This document shows positions 1-8,782 of a stretch of 32,000 nucleotides of DNA, one piece after another. The first letter of the stretch is position 1; each line of letters starts with the position of its first letter. The translations under genes and the position numbers were made by a program. The DNA is from Fastidiosibacter lacustris. GTDB lineage: Bacteria > Pseudomonadota > Gammaproteobacteria > Francisellales > Francisellaceae. The DNA lies in assembly GCF_003428155.1 (NCBI RefSeq), contig NZ_QLIR01000018.1:1428-33427 (forward strand). The letters run 5' to 3'. The notes beneath the pieces were generated by a model. That model searched no databases, was not told the DNA's origin, and saw nothing but the letters and a program-made list of their open reading frames with translations.

Positions 1-32
1 TGCAAGCGCTCTCCCAGCTGAGCTATAGCCCC
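1..32 (-). tRNA. tRNA-Ala, 5' portion only (cut by window edge), likely anticodon GGC
   Basis: Reverse complement of 1..32 reads GGGGCTATAGCTCAGCTGGGAGAGCGCTTGCA: acceptor 5' strand, TA, complete D arm (GCTC..GAGC), and anticodon stem CTTGC followed by A, as in bacterial tRNA-Ala. The anticodon itself is outside the window. Confidence 0.85.
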
Positions 33-344
33 AAGCCGAAGCTGCATTCTAGTGTGCTTTTTATGGGCTGTCAAGCACTAGATTTTAATAAACAAAAAAA
101 TTACTTCTAATAGGGGTTAATTCCATACATGGTTCTGCTTATTGAGGCAAGGATTTTTATTTAGATATTGATAAATTTATTCTTTTTATATTTACGTATA
201 TTGCCGCCCATCTGAATAAAAGAATCAATAAATTGGAAGATTCACTCTTGGTTTAATTAGGTCTGAGATTATTTGTACATTAATTTCATCGAGGTTTCAT
301 GTTGCAAAAATAATTTATTTCACAGAATATGTGAATAACTACGC

Positions 345-350
345 TATAAT
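345..350 (+). promoter_or_regulatory. candidate -10 element (TATAAT) upstream of the pilin-like gene
   Basis: Perfect TATAAT about 50 bp upstream of the ATG at 397. No convincing -35 at 16-18 bp spacing. Confidence 0.35.
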
Positions 351-396
351 GATAACACGATCTAGTTAGCGTAAGTTAAAAAGAAAGTTTCCATCG

Positions 397-803
397 ATGA
401 AAAACAAACGACTCAATTTGGCAGGATTCTCGTTGATCGAATTATTGGTAGTGATTGCTGTGATTGCAATTTTAACTGCAATTGCGATTCCACTGTATAA
501 CAGTTATACGTTGCGTGCACATCGCTCAGATGCAATCAGTGCACTTAGCACAATTGCCATGAATGAAGAAGCGCATATGCTCAGTAGTGGAATCTATACT
601 GGCACTTTGAATGAGGTCTGGTTAGGTACGACAAGTACAAGAGGCTTTTATGCTATGACCTGTCAGGCGTGAATAGTAGCGGCTATGTAATAACAGCAAC
701 TCCAATTGGTTCGCAAACTTCTGATAGTGGGGACTGTCCTCATTTAACATTAGCAGCCAACGACGGTTCAATCATCAGAACACCTACTGGTTGTTGGGAG
801 TAA
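397..803 (+). pseudogene. type IV pilin-like (PilE/major or minor pilin) gene, apparently frameshifted
   Basis: N-terminus MKNKRLNLAGFSLIELLVVIAVIAILTAIAIPLYNSY is a canonical prepilin signal plus hydrophobic helix (G|FSLIE). ORF 1 stops at 672. The +1 frame immediately continues as ..SGVNSSGYVITATPIGSQTSDSGDCPHLTLAANDGSIIRTPTGCWE* up to 803, a typical pilin C-terminal disulfide region ending in GCW. Confidence 0.8.
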
Positions 804-807
804 GGTA

Positions 808-1545
808 TCAAAGTTTACGCCATAAAGCGTTGCCTTTGGATTTTTTATCTAGCAGGGTTAAGTATTCTTCATGTGCTTTGGGTGTACAATTGTCAGCAAG
901 TAAATCAATAAGCCTTATTTTATTAACTTCTTCAGCTTTTGCATGTGTCTGTATGGTGGAGCTTGTGGCTAATAAATGTGTTTGTGTATTGTCGCTTATG
1001 TCAGATAAGTTAAATAAATTAAGTTGTCCGCCAGTCATTAATAAATAGACTTCAGCTAAAAGCTCGGAGTCAAGAAGTGCACCATGAAGTGCTCGATGTT
1101 TGTTATTTACGCCGTAACGTGAGCAAAGCGCATCAAGCGAGTTTTTTTGTCCTGGATGTTTTTCTCTGGCCATGAGTAAGCTATCAATGATAGTGCAGTG
1201 GTTTTCAATCTGTCCCCACTTATTTGACTTAAGGTGTTGAAGCTCCCAATTTAAAAAGGGTAGGTCAAAAGCTGCGTTGTGTATGATTAGTTCTGAGCCT
1301 TGTAGAAATGCTATGATTTCATCAATTTTGTCAGCAAAAAGTGGTTTATCTGCCAAAAACTCATTGCTGATTCCATGAACTTGGAAAGCTCCTGCTTCAA
1401 CTTCAATATCTGGCTTGAAATAAAAGTGAAGATTCTTACCTGTAAGTTTGCGACTGATCATTTCAACAGCCCCAAATTCAATGATGCGATGACCAGCTTT
1501 ATAGTCAAACCCAGTTGTTTCAGTATCTACAAAAATTTGGCGCAT
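808..1545 (-). CDS. dnaQ: DNA polymerase III epsilon subunit (3'-5' proofreading exonuclease)
   Basis: MRQIFVDTETTGFDYKAGHRIIEFGAVEM..: DEDDh exonuclease motif DTETTG, IIHNAAFDLPFLNWEL, and LDALCSRYGV..HRALHGALLDSELLAEVYL. Confidence 0.95.
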   Translation of the reverse strand: MRQIFVDTETTGFDYKAGHRIIEFGAVEMISRKLTGKNLHFYFKPDIEVEAGAFQVHGISNEFLADKPLFADKIDEIIAFLQGSELIIHNAAFDLPFLNWELQHLKSNKWGQIENHCTIIDSLLMAREKHPGQKNSLDALCSRYGVNNKHRALHGALLDSELLAEVYLLMTGGQLNLFNLSDISDNTQTHLLATSSTIQTHAKAEEVNKIRLIDLLADNCTPKAHEEYLTLLDKKSKGNALWRKL

Positions 1546-1803
1546 GAAACCTTTCTATTGGTTAGGCAAAATATGGTAGCTATTATAGCCAAGCAAATAT
1601 TGTTTTGACACAGTAATGTTTAGCAATAGTCACTATAGTTTCTCTTCCTTAAATGCACCATGATTGACAATTAATACCAAGAGCGATTCAATGAATCTAG
1701 CGCTAACTCATTAATTTCATGACTTTTATTAGGTAGAGACTTAAGAGTAAAAAGTTTTGTTATTTATGTTGCTGAGTTATAGATTTAATTTATAGCAGAT
1801 AGC

Positions 1804-2946
1804 TTATGGCAAGAAAAGGTAAATTAAGTCATTTAAAAACCGTTGTCCAATCTTGCTAGGGATAAAATATTTTCCATTTTGAATAAGCAGCTTGCGATTA
1901 ATGGCTAGATCTAACGTTTGTTCAATCGTTTCTATTCCTAAACCAGTCGTTTGCTCAAATAAGTCAGTTGAGAATCCATTGTATAAGCGTAGTGCATTGA
2001 GCATAAACTCATATGGACGATCTTCTTTCATAATTTGGGATTGCCCATAAGGAAACCTTTTTTCGCTGATATAGAGTGTTGGATGCTTGCGCTTCCAATA
2101 GCGCTTGATGATATTTTGTTGTGGATAACTTATTTTACTGTGAGCGCCTGCACCTATCCCTATGTAATCGCCAAAGTGCCAATAATTAAGGTTATGTTTA
2201 GCTTGGAGTGTTTTGCATTTGGCATAAGCAGATGTTTCATATTGATCAAAACCTTGCTCACCAATCAATGCTTTGCCTTGAGTTTCAATTTCATAAAGTA
2301 AATCTTCATCTGGCAGCTTAGGTGGTTTCACGGCAAAAGGGGTGTTAGGCTCAAGTGTGAGTTGATACCAGGATAAGTGTGTTGGTTCTAAAGCAATTGC
2401 CTGGTTTAAATCATAGATAGCATCTCCAACGCTTTGATTGGGTAAGCCGTGCATAAGGTCAAGGTTAAAGTTATTAAATCCCGCGCATTTTAGCTTTTCT
2501 ACTGCATGATAGATATTTTGGTCATTATGAATACGACCAAGGATTTGTAGTTTATCATTTTGGAAGCTTTGTACTCCAAGTGATATGCGGTTGATACCCA
2601 TAGCTTTATAATCACAAAATTTACCATGCTCAATAGTACCTGGGTTAGCTTCCAATGTGATTTCGGTGTTATTGTCGGTAAGGTTGTGTTGATTAAGGTA
2701 ATCAAAAAATTTAGATAATGTTAGGCTTGGAAATAATGAAGGTGTCCCTCCACCTAAAAAAATGGAGCTAAATTTCCTGTCTTGTAAATCTTGATGATGA
2801 CTTTCTAAATCACGAATAAGCGTTTGTAGATATTCGTTGGCTGGCAAGGATGTTCTTAATTGATGTGAATTAAAATCGCAATAAGGGCATTTTTTGACAC
2901 ACCAAGGAAAATGAACATAAAGGCTTATAGGTGGAAGTTTTAACAT
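1804..2946 (-). CDS. hemW: HemW-type radical SAM heme chaperone / coproporphyrinogen III oxidase-like protein
   Basis: LPPISLYVHFPWCVKKCPYCDFNSH with radical-SAM CxxxCxxC, SSIFLGGGTPSLF, NRISLGVQSF, NLDLMHGLPNQ. 380 aa. Confidence 0.93.
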   Translation of the reverse strand: MLKLPPISLYVHFPWCVKKCPYCDFNSHQLRTSLPANEYLQTLIRDLESHHQDLQDRKFSSIFLGGGTPSLFPSLTLSKFFDYLNQHNLTDNNTEITLEANPGTIEHGKFCDYKAMGINRISLGVQSFQNDKLQILGRIHNDQNIYHAVEKLKCAGFNNFNLDLMHGLPNQSVGDAIYDLNQAIALEPTHLSWYQLTLEPNTPFAVKPPKLPDEDLLYEIETQGKALIGEQGFDQYETSAYAKCKTLQAKHNLNYWHFGDYIGIGAGAHSKISYPQQNIIKRYWKRKHPTLYISEKRFPYGQSQIMKEDRPYEFMLNALRLYNGFSTDLFEQTTGLGIETIEQTLDLAINRKLLIQNGKYFIPSKIGQRFLNDLIYLFLP

Positions 2947-3392
2947 TATTTGGATTGACCAATGCGAATAACAAGTACATCACAGTGCGCGCGTTGCAAT
3001 ACACCATTTGCAGTTGAGCCAATAAAGCGCTCAACACCATAGCGACCATGGCTGCCGATAACAATAATATCACAGTTAAGCTCTTCAGCAAGCTTGACGA
3101 TTTTGCGCTTTGGTGAACCATGCAATAGATGAAAATCCGCTTCGATGTCAATTTGTGCCTCCAATGCTTTTAAATGCTTCATATTTTCTTCTTCTAGATA
3201 ATCCTCTAGATCAGAAATAGAAGGAACGCCTGAGGCCATGTAATATGGAATATTTGGTAAAACATTGACTACGCTTAATTTTGCATTATTGCGTTTAGCA
3301 AGAGATACGGCTTGTTCAATGACTGGTTGATTGTCGGCGTGTAGATCCGTCGCGAGTAAGATGTGCTTGTAATTTTTCATCAGGAACTCCAA
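2946..3392 (-). CDS. universal stress protein (UspA family)
   Basis: KHILLATDLHADNQPVIEQAVSLAKRNNAKLSVVNV..DIIVIGSHGRYGVERFIGSTANGVLQRAHCDVLVIR: ATP-binding G2xG9xGS/T-like signature. Stop overlaps the hemW start (TAATG). Confidence 0.92.
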   Translation of the reverse strand: MEFLMKNYKHILLATDLHADNQPVIEQAVSLAKRNNAKLSVVNVLPNIPYYMASGVPSISDLEDYLEEENMKHLKALEAQIDIEADFHLLHGSPKRKIVKLAEELNCDIIVIGSHGRYGVERFIGSTANGVLQRAHCDVLVIRIGQSK

Positions 3393-3562
3393 AACTATAT
3401 TAATGTTGAACGATAAGCATTTTAAAAAACTTCATCTGTAAAAGATAGTGAGAGTTATGGTGAAAAAAATATGATTGTGGTCTATTTCGCCAAATACTAG
3501 TTGAAATATAAGGGTTAAAAATTTAAGCTAGCCGCTATCGTTTTAAAGTCAATTCTAGGTAA

Positions 3563-3892
3563 ATGATGATGAATGCGAATATGGGTAAGTTCATGCAACA
3601 AGCGCAAAAAATGCAAGAGCAAATGAAAAAAATGCAAGAGGCACAAGAAAGTATAGAGGTAACTGGTGAATCAGGTGTTGGTCTTGTAAAGGTAATTATG
3701 ACAGGTAAACACGATGTTAAACGTGTTGAAATCGATCCAAGTTTGTTGACAGAGGAAAAAGAAATTTTGGAAGATCTTTTTGCTGCTGCGGTTAATGATG
3801 CAGTGCGTAGAATTGAAACAAAGGCTCAAGAAAGCATGGCGCATTTTAGCAAGGGTTTTAATATTCCAGCTGGTTTTAAATTCCCATTCTAA
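3563..3892 (+). CDS. ybaB: YbaB/EbfC family nucleoid-associated protein
   Basis: [59 protein letters not shown]; directly upstream of recR, the usual arrangement. The start could be one of several nearby ATGs. Confidence 0.93.
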   Translation: MMMNANMGKFMQQAQKMQEQMKKMQEAQESIEVTGESGVGLVKVIMTGKHDVKRVEIDPSLLTEEKEILEDLFAAAVNDAVRRIETKAQESMAHFSKGFNIPAGFKFPF

Positions 3893-3916
3893 TTAATCTG
3901 ATTTAATTCTTTTGAT

Positions 3917-4522
3917 ATGACGCAAAAATTGTTTTCACCTAAGGTAGAAGCCCTGATTGAAGCATTAAAAATATTGCCAGGGGTGGGCAGAAAAAGTGCC
4001 CAGAGAATGGCGATTCAGCTGTTAGATAAAAAGCCAGATGCTGCTCAGCAATTAGCTCATAGTATTAGTGAGGCGGTACGTGCTGTAAAACGCTGTACGC
4101 AATGTAATATGTTATGCGAAACAGATGTGTGCCATATTTGTGCAAGTCCACGCCGAGACGATACACAACTTTGTGTTGTTGAGAATATGTTGGATATGAT
4201 GGCAATTGAAAGTACCGCAATTTATTTGGGCAAATATTTTATTTTACATGGACGTATTTCTCCACTAGATGGGATGGGACCTAATGAATTGAAATTACCA
4301 AGACTCAAAGCCATTGTACTTCAAAAGCAAATCACTGAGATTGTGATGGCACTTAGTCCATCTGTTGAGGGTGAGACAACGGTACACTTTATTTCAGATA
4401 TGTTAAAAGTGCACGAGTGTAAGATTACACGCATTGGCTTTGGTGTGCCGTTTGGTGGTGAGCTTGAGTATTTAGATCAAAAAACTTTAACACATGCCTT
4501 TAATGCACGCGTAAACTTTTGA
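3917..4522 (+). CDS. recR: recombination mediator RecR
   Basis: LIEALKILPGVGRKSAQRMAIQLLDK (HhH), C4 zinc-finger CTQCNMLCETDVCHIC, Toprim region YFILHGRISPLDGMGPNELKL. 201 aa. Confidence 0.97.
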   Translation: MTQKLFSPKVEALIEALKILPGVGRKSAQRMAIQLLDKKPDAAQQLAHSISEAVRAVKRCTQCNMLCETDVCHICASPRRDDTQLCVVENMLDMMAIESTAIYLGKYFILHGRISPLDGMGPNELKLPRLKAIVLQKQITEIVMALSPSVEGETTVHFISDMLKVHECKITRIGFGVPFGGELEYLDQKTLTHAFNARVNF

Positions 4523-4557
4523 TTGACTTTTTATGATAAGTACTAGTCTTGCTCTAC

Positions 4558-4896
4558 TTACAATGCTTCTTCATCTTTTTCGCAGGTGCGAATGCGAATG
4601 ACTTCGTCTAAATGAGTAACAGTGATTTTACCTGAGCCGATTTTATCGCTTTTATTCACCTCAACGATGGCATCAATAAACACATCTTTTTGTGTATCTT
4701 TGCAGATTACGTCTATTTTGATCTTCGGCAAAAAATCAACAGCATATTCTGCACCTCGATATAGTTCCGTGTGACCTAATTGACGACCGAAGCCTTTGAC
4801 TTCCGTCACCGTAATGCCAGATGCGCCTGCAATTAACAAGGCTTCACGAGTGCGATCCAATAAAAAAGGTTTAATATAAGCAGTAATTAGCTTCAT
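4558..4896 (-). CDS. glnB: P-II family nitrogen regulatory protein
   Basis: MKLITAYIKPFLLDRTREAL..GITVTEVKGFGRQLGHTELYRGAEYAVDFLPKIKIDVI..GSGKITVTHLDEVIRIRT; T-loop with the conserved ELYRGAEY uridylylation tyrosine. glnB versus glnK cannot be decided here. Confidence 0.9.
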   Translation of the reverse strand: MKLITAYIKPFLLDRTREALLIAGASGITVTEVKGFGRQLGHTELYRGAEYAVDFLPKIKIDVICKDTQKDVFIDAIVEVNKSDKIGSGKITVTHLDEVIRIRTCEKDEEAL

Positions 4897-4972
4897 GCTC
4901 GAATTAATTTATCAATTTGAATGACTATGCTACATTATGCACTATCTATAAGTAAAGAATTAAGAGTCAGCA

Positions 4973-5227
4973 ATGAAAATCAATAGCAAAATTATCGACG
5001 ATGTTGCCAATAAAATTTCTCATTCCCTTCCTAGTGGAATTAAAAGTATTGCAAGCGAATTTGAAAGCAGTTGTAAAAGCATTCTTAAAGCAAGCTTCGA
5101 GAAGTTGGATTTAGTTACACGTGAAGAGTTTGATATCCAAAAAGAGGTTTTATTGAAAACTCGTCAAAAGCTTGAGCAACTCGAAAAGAAAATCGATGAA
5201 TTGCTTGCTCAACACGATGGCAAATAG
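4973..5227 (+). CDS. ubiK: UbiK (YqiC/BMFP family) ubiquinone biosynthesis accessory factor
   Basis: 84 aa helical protein with C-terminal coiled coil (LVTREEFDIQKEVLLKTRQKLEQLEKKIDELL), typical of the BMFP/YqiC family. Confidence 0.85.
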   Translation: MKINSKIIDDVANKISHSLPSGIKSIASEFESSCKSILKASFEKLDLVTREEFDIQKEVLLKTRQKLEQLEKKIDELLAQHDGK

Positions 5228-5236
5228 GTAGTTTAG

Positions 5237-6742
5237 ATGTCATTGGCTACTGTTTATAGTCGTGCACAACTTGGAATTGAAGCACCTTCTGTCACAGTTG
5301 AGGTCCATTTATCGCAAGGTTTGCCAAGCTTGTCTATAGTAGGGCTTCCTGAAGCTGCGGTAAAAGAGAGTAAAGATCGTGTAAGAAGTGCGATCATCAA
5401 TTCTGGCTTCCAATTTCCAACCAAACGTATCACCATTAACCTTGCTCCTGCTGATTTACCTAAAGAAGGCGGTCGATATGATCTTCCCATTGCTATTGGT
5501 ATTTTACTTGCTTCCAAGCAAATCATAGCACCTGAAGTCTTGGAATATGAGTTTGCGGCTGAGCTTTCGCTTTCAGGGAAGCTGCGTCCAATAAAAGGCA
5601 TGCTCCCTTTTGCTATTCAATGCTTAAAGAGTAGTCGCAGTCTAATATTTGCACTAAAAAACCAAGAAGAAGTGGCGCTTGTTCCCAATATGTGTGCTTA
5701 CTCTGCCAAAAACCTACAAGAAGTTGTTTTGCATTTATCTAGGACTCAACTGCTAAATAAGTTGACTTTGTCCGAAAAGCAAATGAGTACACAAAGGCTG
5801 TTAGATTTAGCAGATGTTAAGGGGCAATTTCAAGCAAAACGCGCTCTTGAAATTGCAGCTGCGGGTGGGCATAACCTATTGTTTGTTGGACCGCCTGGTA
5901 CTGGAAAAACAATGCTAGCTTCTCGCTTTAATACCATATTGCCAGCATTGACGATGGATGAGGCATTAAGTACAGCAATGATTGCCTCAATTAAGGGTAT
6001 GAGCAATATTGCAGAGCGTTTTTATGAGCGTCCATTTCGTGCGCCGCACCACACGTCATCTGCGATTTCCCTTGTTGGTGGAGGTACTAATCCCAAACCG
6101 GGTGAGATTTCTTTAGCACACAATGGTGTGTTGTTTTTGGATGAGCTACCAGAATTTGATCGACATGTATTGGAAGTTCTACGTGAACCATTGGAATCTG
6201 GCACAATTATTATCTCTCGCGCCAACGCTCAAGTTGAGTATCCTGCTAAATTTCAGCTTATTGCAGCGATGAATCCTTGTCCTTGTGGTTTTTTAGGCTC
6301 ACAAGTAAAGTCCTGTAAAGATACGGATGTTCAGATAAAACGTTATCAACAAAAACTCTCAGGACCTTTACTGGATCGAATTGATTTACAGGTGGAAGTG
6401 TTAGAAGTTGATCATCACACTTTAACTAATATAGATCGTCAAGTTTCAAGTGCTGAAATAAAAGCGCGTGTTACGGTAGCACGTGCACGTCAGCTTAAGC
6501 GCCAAAATAAAATTAATGCCGAACTTCAAGGCAAGGAAATTGATCAATTTTGTGTTTTAGGTAATAATGAGCGGCTGTTATTGGCGGATGCCATACAAAA
6601 GCTTGGATTGTCGGCAAGAGGGTATCACCGTATCTTAAAAATTGCCCGTACTATTGCTGACTTAGAGACCGCGGATTTGATTAGCAAACAACACATTCAA
6701 GAGGCAATTAGCTATCGCAAATTTGAACGTTTTCGTCAATAA
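5237..6742 (+). CDS. comM: YifB/ComM family Mg-chelatase-like AAA+ ATPase
   Basis: N-terminal LonC-like domain (VEVHLSQGLPSLSIVGLPEAAVKESKDRVRSAI), Walker A GPPGTGKTMLA, FRAPHHTSSAISLVGGG, GVLFLDELPEF, AMNPCPCGFLG. Confidence 0.96.
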   Translation: MSLATVYSRAQLGIEAPSVTVEVHLSQGLPSLSIVGLPEAAVKESKDRVRSAIINSGFQFPTKRITINLAPADLPKEGGRYDLPIAIGILLASKQIIAPEVLEYEFAAELSLSGKLRPIKGMLPFAIQCLKSSRSLIFALKNQEEVALVPNMCAYSAKNLQEVVLHLSRTQLLNKLTLSEKQMSTQRLLDLADVKGQFQAKRALEIAAAGGHNLLFVGPPGTGKTMLASRFNTILPALTMDEALSTAMIASIKGMSNIAERFYERPFRAPHHTSSAISLVGGGTNPKPGEISLAHNGVLFLDELPEFDRHVLEVLREPLESGTIIISRANAQVEYPAKFQLIAAMNPCPCGFLGSQVKSCKDTDVQIKRYQQKLSGPLLDRIDLQVEVLEVDHHTLTNIDRQVSSAEIKARVTVARARQLKRQNKINAELQGKEIDQFCVLGNNERLLLADAIQKLGLSARGYHRILKIARTIADLETADLISKQHIQEAISYRKFERFRQ

Positions 6743-6771
6743 CATAAACATGAATAAAAATGGTAGTGTAG

Positions 6772-7686
6772 ATGAAAAAAATTAGTTCACAGTTATTAGT
6801 CTTTATACTGTATTTATGGAGCAGACTCAGCTTTGGTATGGCGCAACGTATTGGCTGGGTGATTGGATCATTATTTTATTACTTTAATAATAATATGCGT
6901 AGAGTAGCAAGTATTAACATTGATAAATGCTTTCCTGATCTAAGTGTTTATCACAAAAAGCGTTTGTTGAAAAAAACGCTTCAGCAAACGTGCATGACAG
7001 GCGCTGAAATGCCTGCTATTTTATTCAAAAGTCCTCAAAAGCTATTGCAACAAATTCGTGTGACCCATGGCGATAAACTGATGCAAAAGCTCTATGAAGA
7101 GGCGCGTGGAGTGATGGTGTTAGGGCCGCACATTGGTAGTTATGAAATAGGTTCTATGTTTTACCCAAATAGTTATCCTGCGGCAATGCTTTATACTCCA
7201 CCCAAGATCAAGACTTTGGATCGACTCATTTTACGTGCACGTTCACGCCTATGCAAAAACATGTCTCCTGCTAGTCACAAGGGTGTCAAAATGCTGTTTA
7301 AAGCACTTGCCAATAAAGAAGTCATTGCGATGCTAACCGATCAAGTGCCAGTCGATGCAGGCGGCACTTACGTTGATTTCTTTGGTCATCCTGCTAAAAC
7401 CATGAACTTTCCAACGAAGTTATACCAAAAGCTTAAACCTGCTGTTGTCTTGAGTTATGTTGTTAGAAATGGTATCGGTAAAGGTTCTACTTTATTTATT
7501 GAGGATCTTGAACCTTTGATCAAAAAATATGAAATGCTAGATGATATTGAAGACCCTGTAGCATATGCTTTTAGTAAGCGTTTTGAAGAAATCATTCGCC
7601 AATATCCAGAGCAATATCAATGGACTTATAAACGCTTTAAATATCATCCAGATGGTTTGGACTACTACGAGAAGGATAAAAAATGA
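6772..7686 (+). CDS. LpxL/LpxM/HtrB-type lysophospholipid (lipid A late) acyltransferase
   Basis: LSFGMAQRIGWVIGSLFYY..VMVLGPHIGSYE (HxxxxE-like motif), AMLTDQVPVDAGGTYVDFFGHPAKTMNFPTKLYQKLKPAVVLSYVVR. 304 aa. Confidence 0.88.
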   Translation: MKKISSQLLVFILYLWSRLSFGMAQRIGWVIGSLFYYFNNNMRRVASINIDKCFPDLSVYHKKRLLKKTLQQTCMTGAEMPAILFKSPQKLLQQIRVTHGDKLMQKLYEEARGVMVLGPHIGSYEIGSMFYPNSYPAAMLYTPPKIKTLDRLILRARSRLCKNMSPASHKGVKMLFKALANKEVIAMLTDQVPVDAGGTYVDFFGHPAKTMNFPTKLYQKLKPAVVLSYVVRNGIGKGSTLFIEDLEPLIKKYEMLDDIEDPVAYAFSKRFEEIIRQYPEQYQWTYKRFKYHPDGLDYYEKDKK

Positions 7687-8720
7687 GAACCTTATTTTTG
7701 GATGCGTTGCTTGGCAAGCCCGTTGAACAAACGCCACTTTGGATTATGCGTCAAGCGGGTCGTTACTTGCCTGAGTATCGTAAAACGCGTGCCAAGTTTA
7801 ATGACTTTATGCAGATGTGTCGTAATTCTGAGGCTTGCTGTGAAGTGGCTTTACAACCACTAGATCGTTATGAACTTGATGCTGCTATTGTTTTCTCGGA
7901 TATTTTAACCATACCTGAAGCAATGGGTATGGAACTTAAATTTATCTCAAGCAAAGGTCCTGTTTTTCCAACACCACTTACCACACAAAAAGATATTGAT
8001 GGATTGGATGACAAAAATGCGCTAGAAAAACTCAAATATGTGATGGACGCAGTTTCTACTACCAAATTAGCTGTAAAGAATCGAGTTCCTTTAATTGGTT
8101 TTAGTGGTAGTCCTTGGACGCTTGCAGCTTACATGGTTGAAGGTCAAGGGTCAAAGCAATTTACTGAGATTAGAAAAATGCTCTATAGTGTACCTTTTTT
8201 ACTCCACACTCTGCTCAAAAAATTAGCTCATATCGTGACTGATTATTTAGATCAACAGATCCAAGCGGGTGCCGATGCAATCATGATTTTTGATACCTGG
8301 GGTGGTGTTTTGACTGAAAAAAGTTATGCACTTTTCTCATTAAATTACATGCGACACATTATTGCTGAACTTAAAGAACGTCATCCAAATGTGCCTGTTA
8401 CGCTATTTACTAAAGGGGGTGGTTTATGGTTAGATCAGCTAGTGCAGGTAAACTGCAGTGGCGTGGGGATTGACTGGAGTATAGACATAATGCGTGCACG
8501 TGGTCTTGTTGCTGACAAAGTTGCCTTACAGGGAAACCTTGACCCAGCTGTGCTTTACGGTGATCATAACAGCATTCGTAATCAAGTAAAATATATTGTC
8601 GAAAGCCAGAAATGTCATTCTAAATTTGTGTTTAATCTTGGTCATGGTATTTATCCGGACATTGACCCAGATAAAGTAAAAACAATGGTTAATGCTGTAC
8701 GTGAGTTTGGCATGAAATAG
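7683..8720 (+). CDS. hemE: uroporphyrinogen decarboxylase
   Basis: PLWIMRQAGRYLPEYR, ELDAAIVFSDILTIPEAMGMEL, IMIFDTWGGVL, LQGNLDPAVLYG, FNLGHGIYPDI. 4-bp ATGA overlap with the preceding CDS. Confidence 0.97.
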   Translation: MRTLFLDALLGKPVEQTPLWIMRQAGRYLPEYRKTRAKFNDFMQMCRNSEACCEVALQPLDRYELDAAIVFSDILTIPEAMGMELKFISSKGPVFPTPLTTQKDIDGLDDKNALEKLKYVMDAVSTTKLAVKNRVPLIGFSGSPWTLAAYMVEGQGSKQFTEIRKMLYSVPFLLHTLLKKLAHIVTDYLDQQIQAGADAIMIFDTWGGVLTEKSYALFSLNYMRHIIAELKERHPNVPVTLFTKGGGLWLDQLVQVNCSGVGIDWSIDIMRARGLVADKVALQGNLDPAVLYGDHNSIRNQVKYIVESQKCHSKFVFNLGHGIYPDIDPDKVKTMVNAVREFGMK

Positions 8721-8782
8721 AAAAACGACTAACTTTAACAATTATTAGCGTTCTTAACAAACAAAATAACAACTGAGTTAAT

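Noticed and set aside
791-1048. 85-aa plus-strand ORF antisense to dnaQ
   Set aside because: Opposite strand of the well-supported dnaQ reading frame; no family-like features.
2035-2301. 88-aa ORF antisense to hemW, along with other antisense ORFs (2499..2705, 2870..3151)
   Set aside because: All are shadows of hemW/usp coding sequence with no independent evidence.
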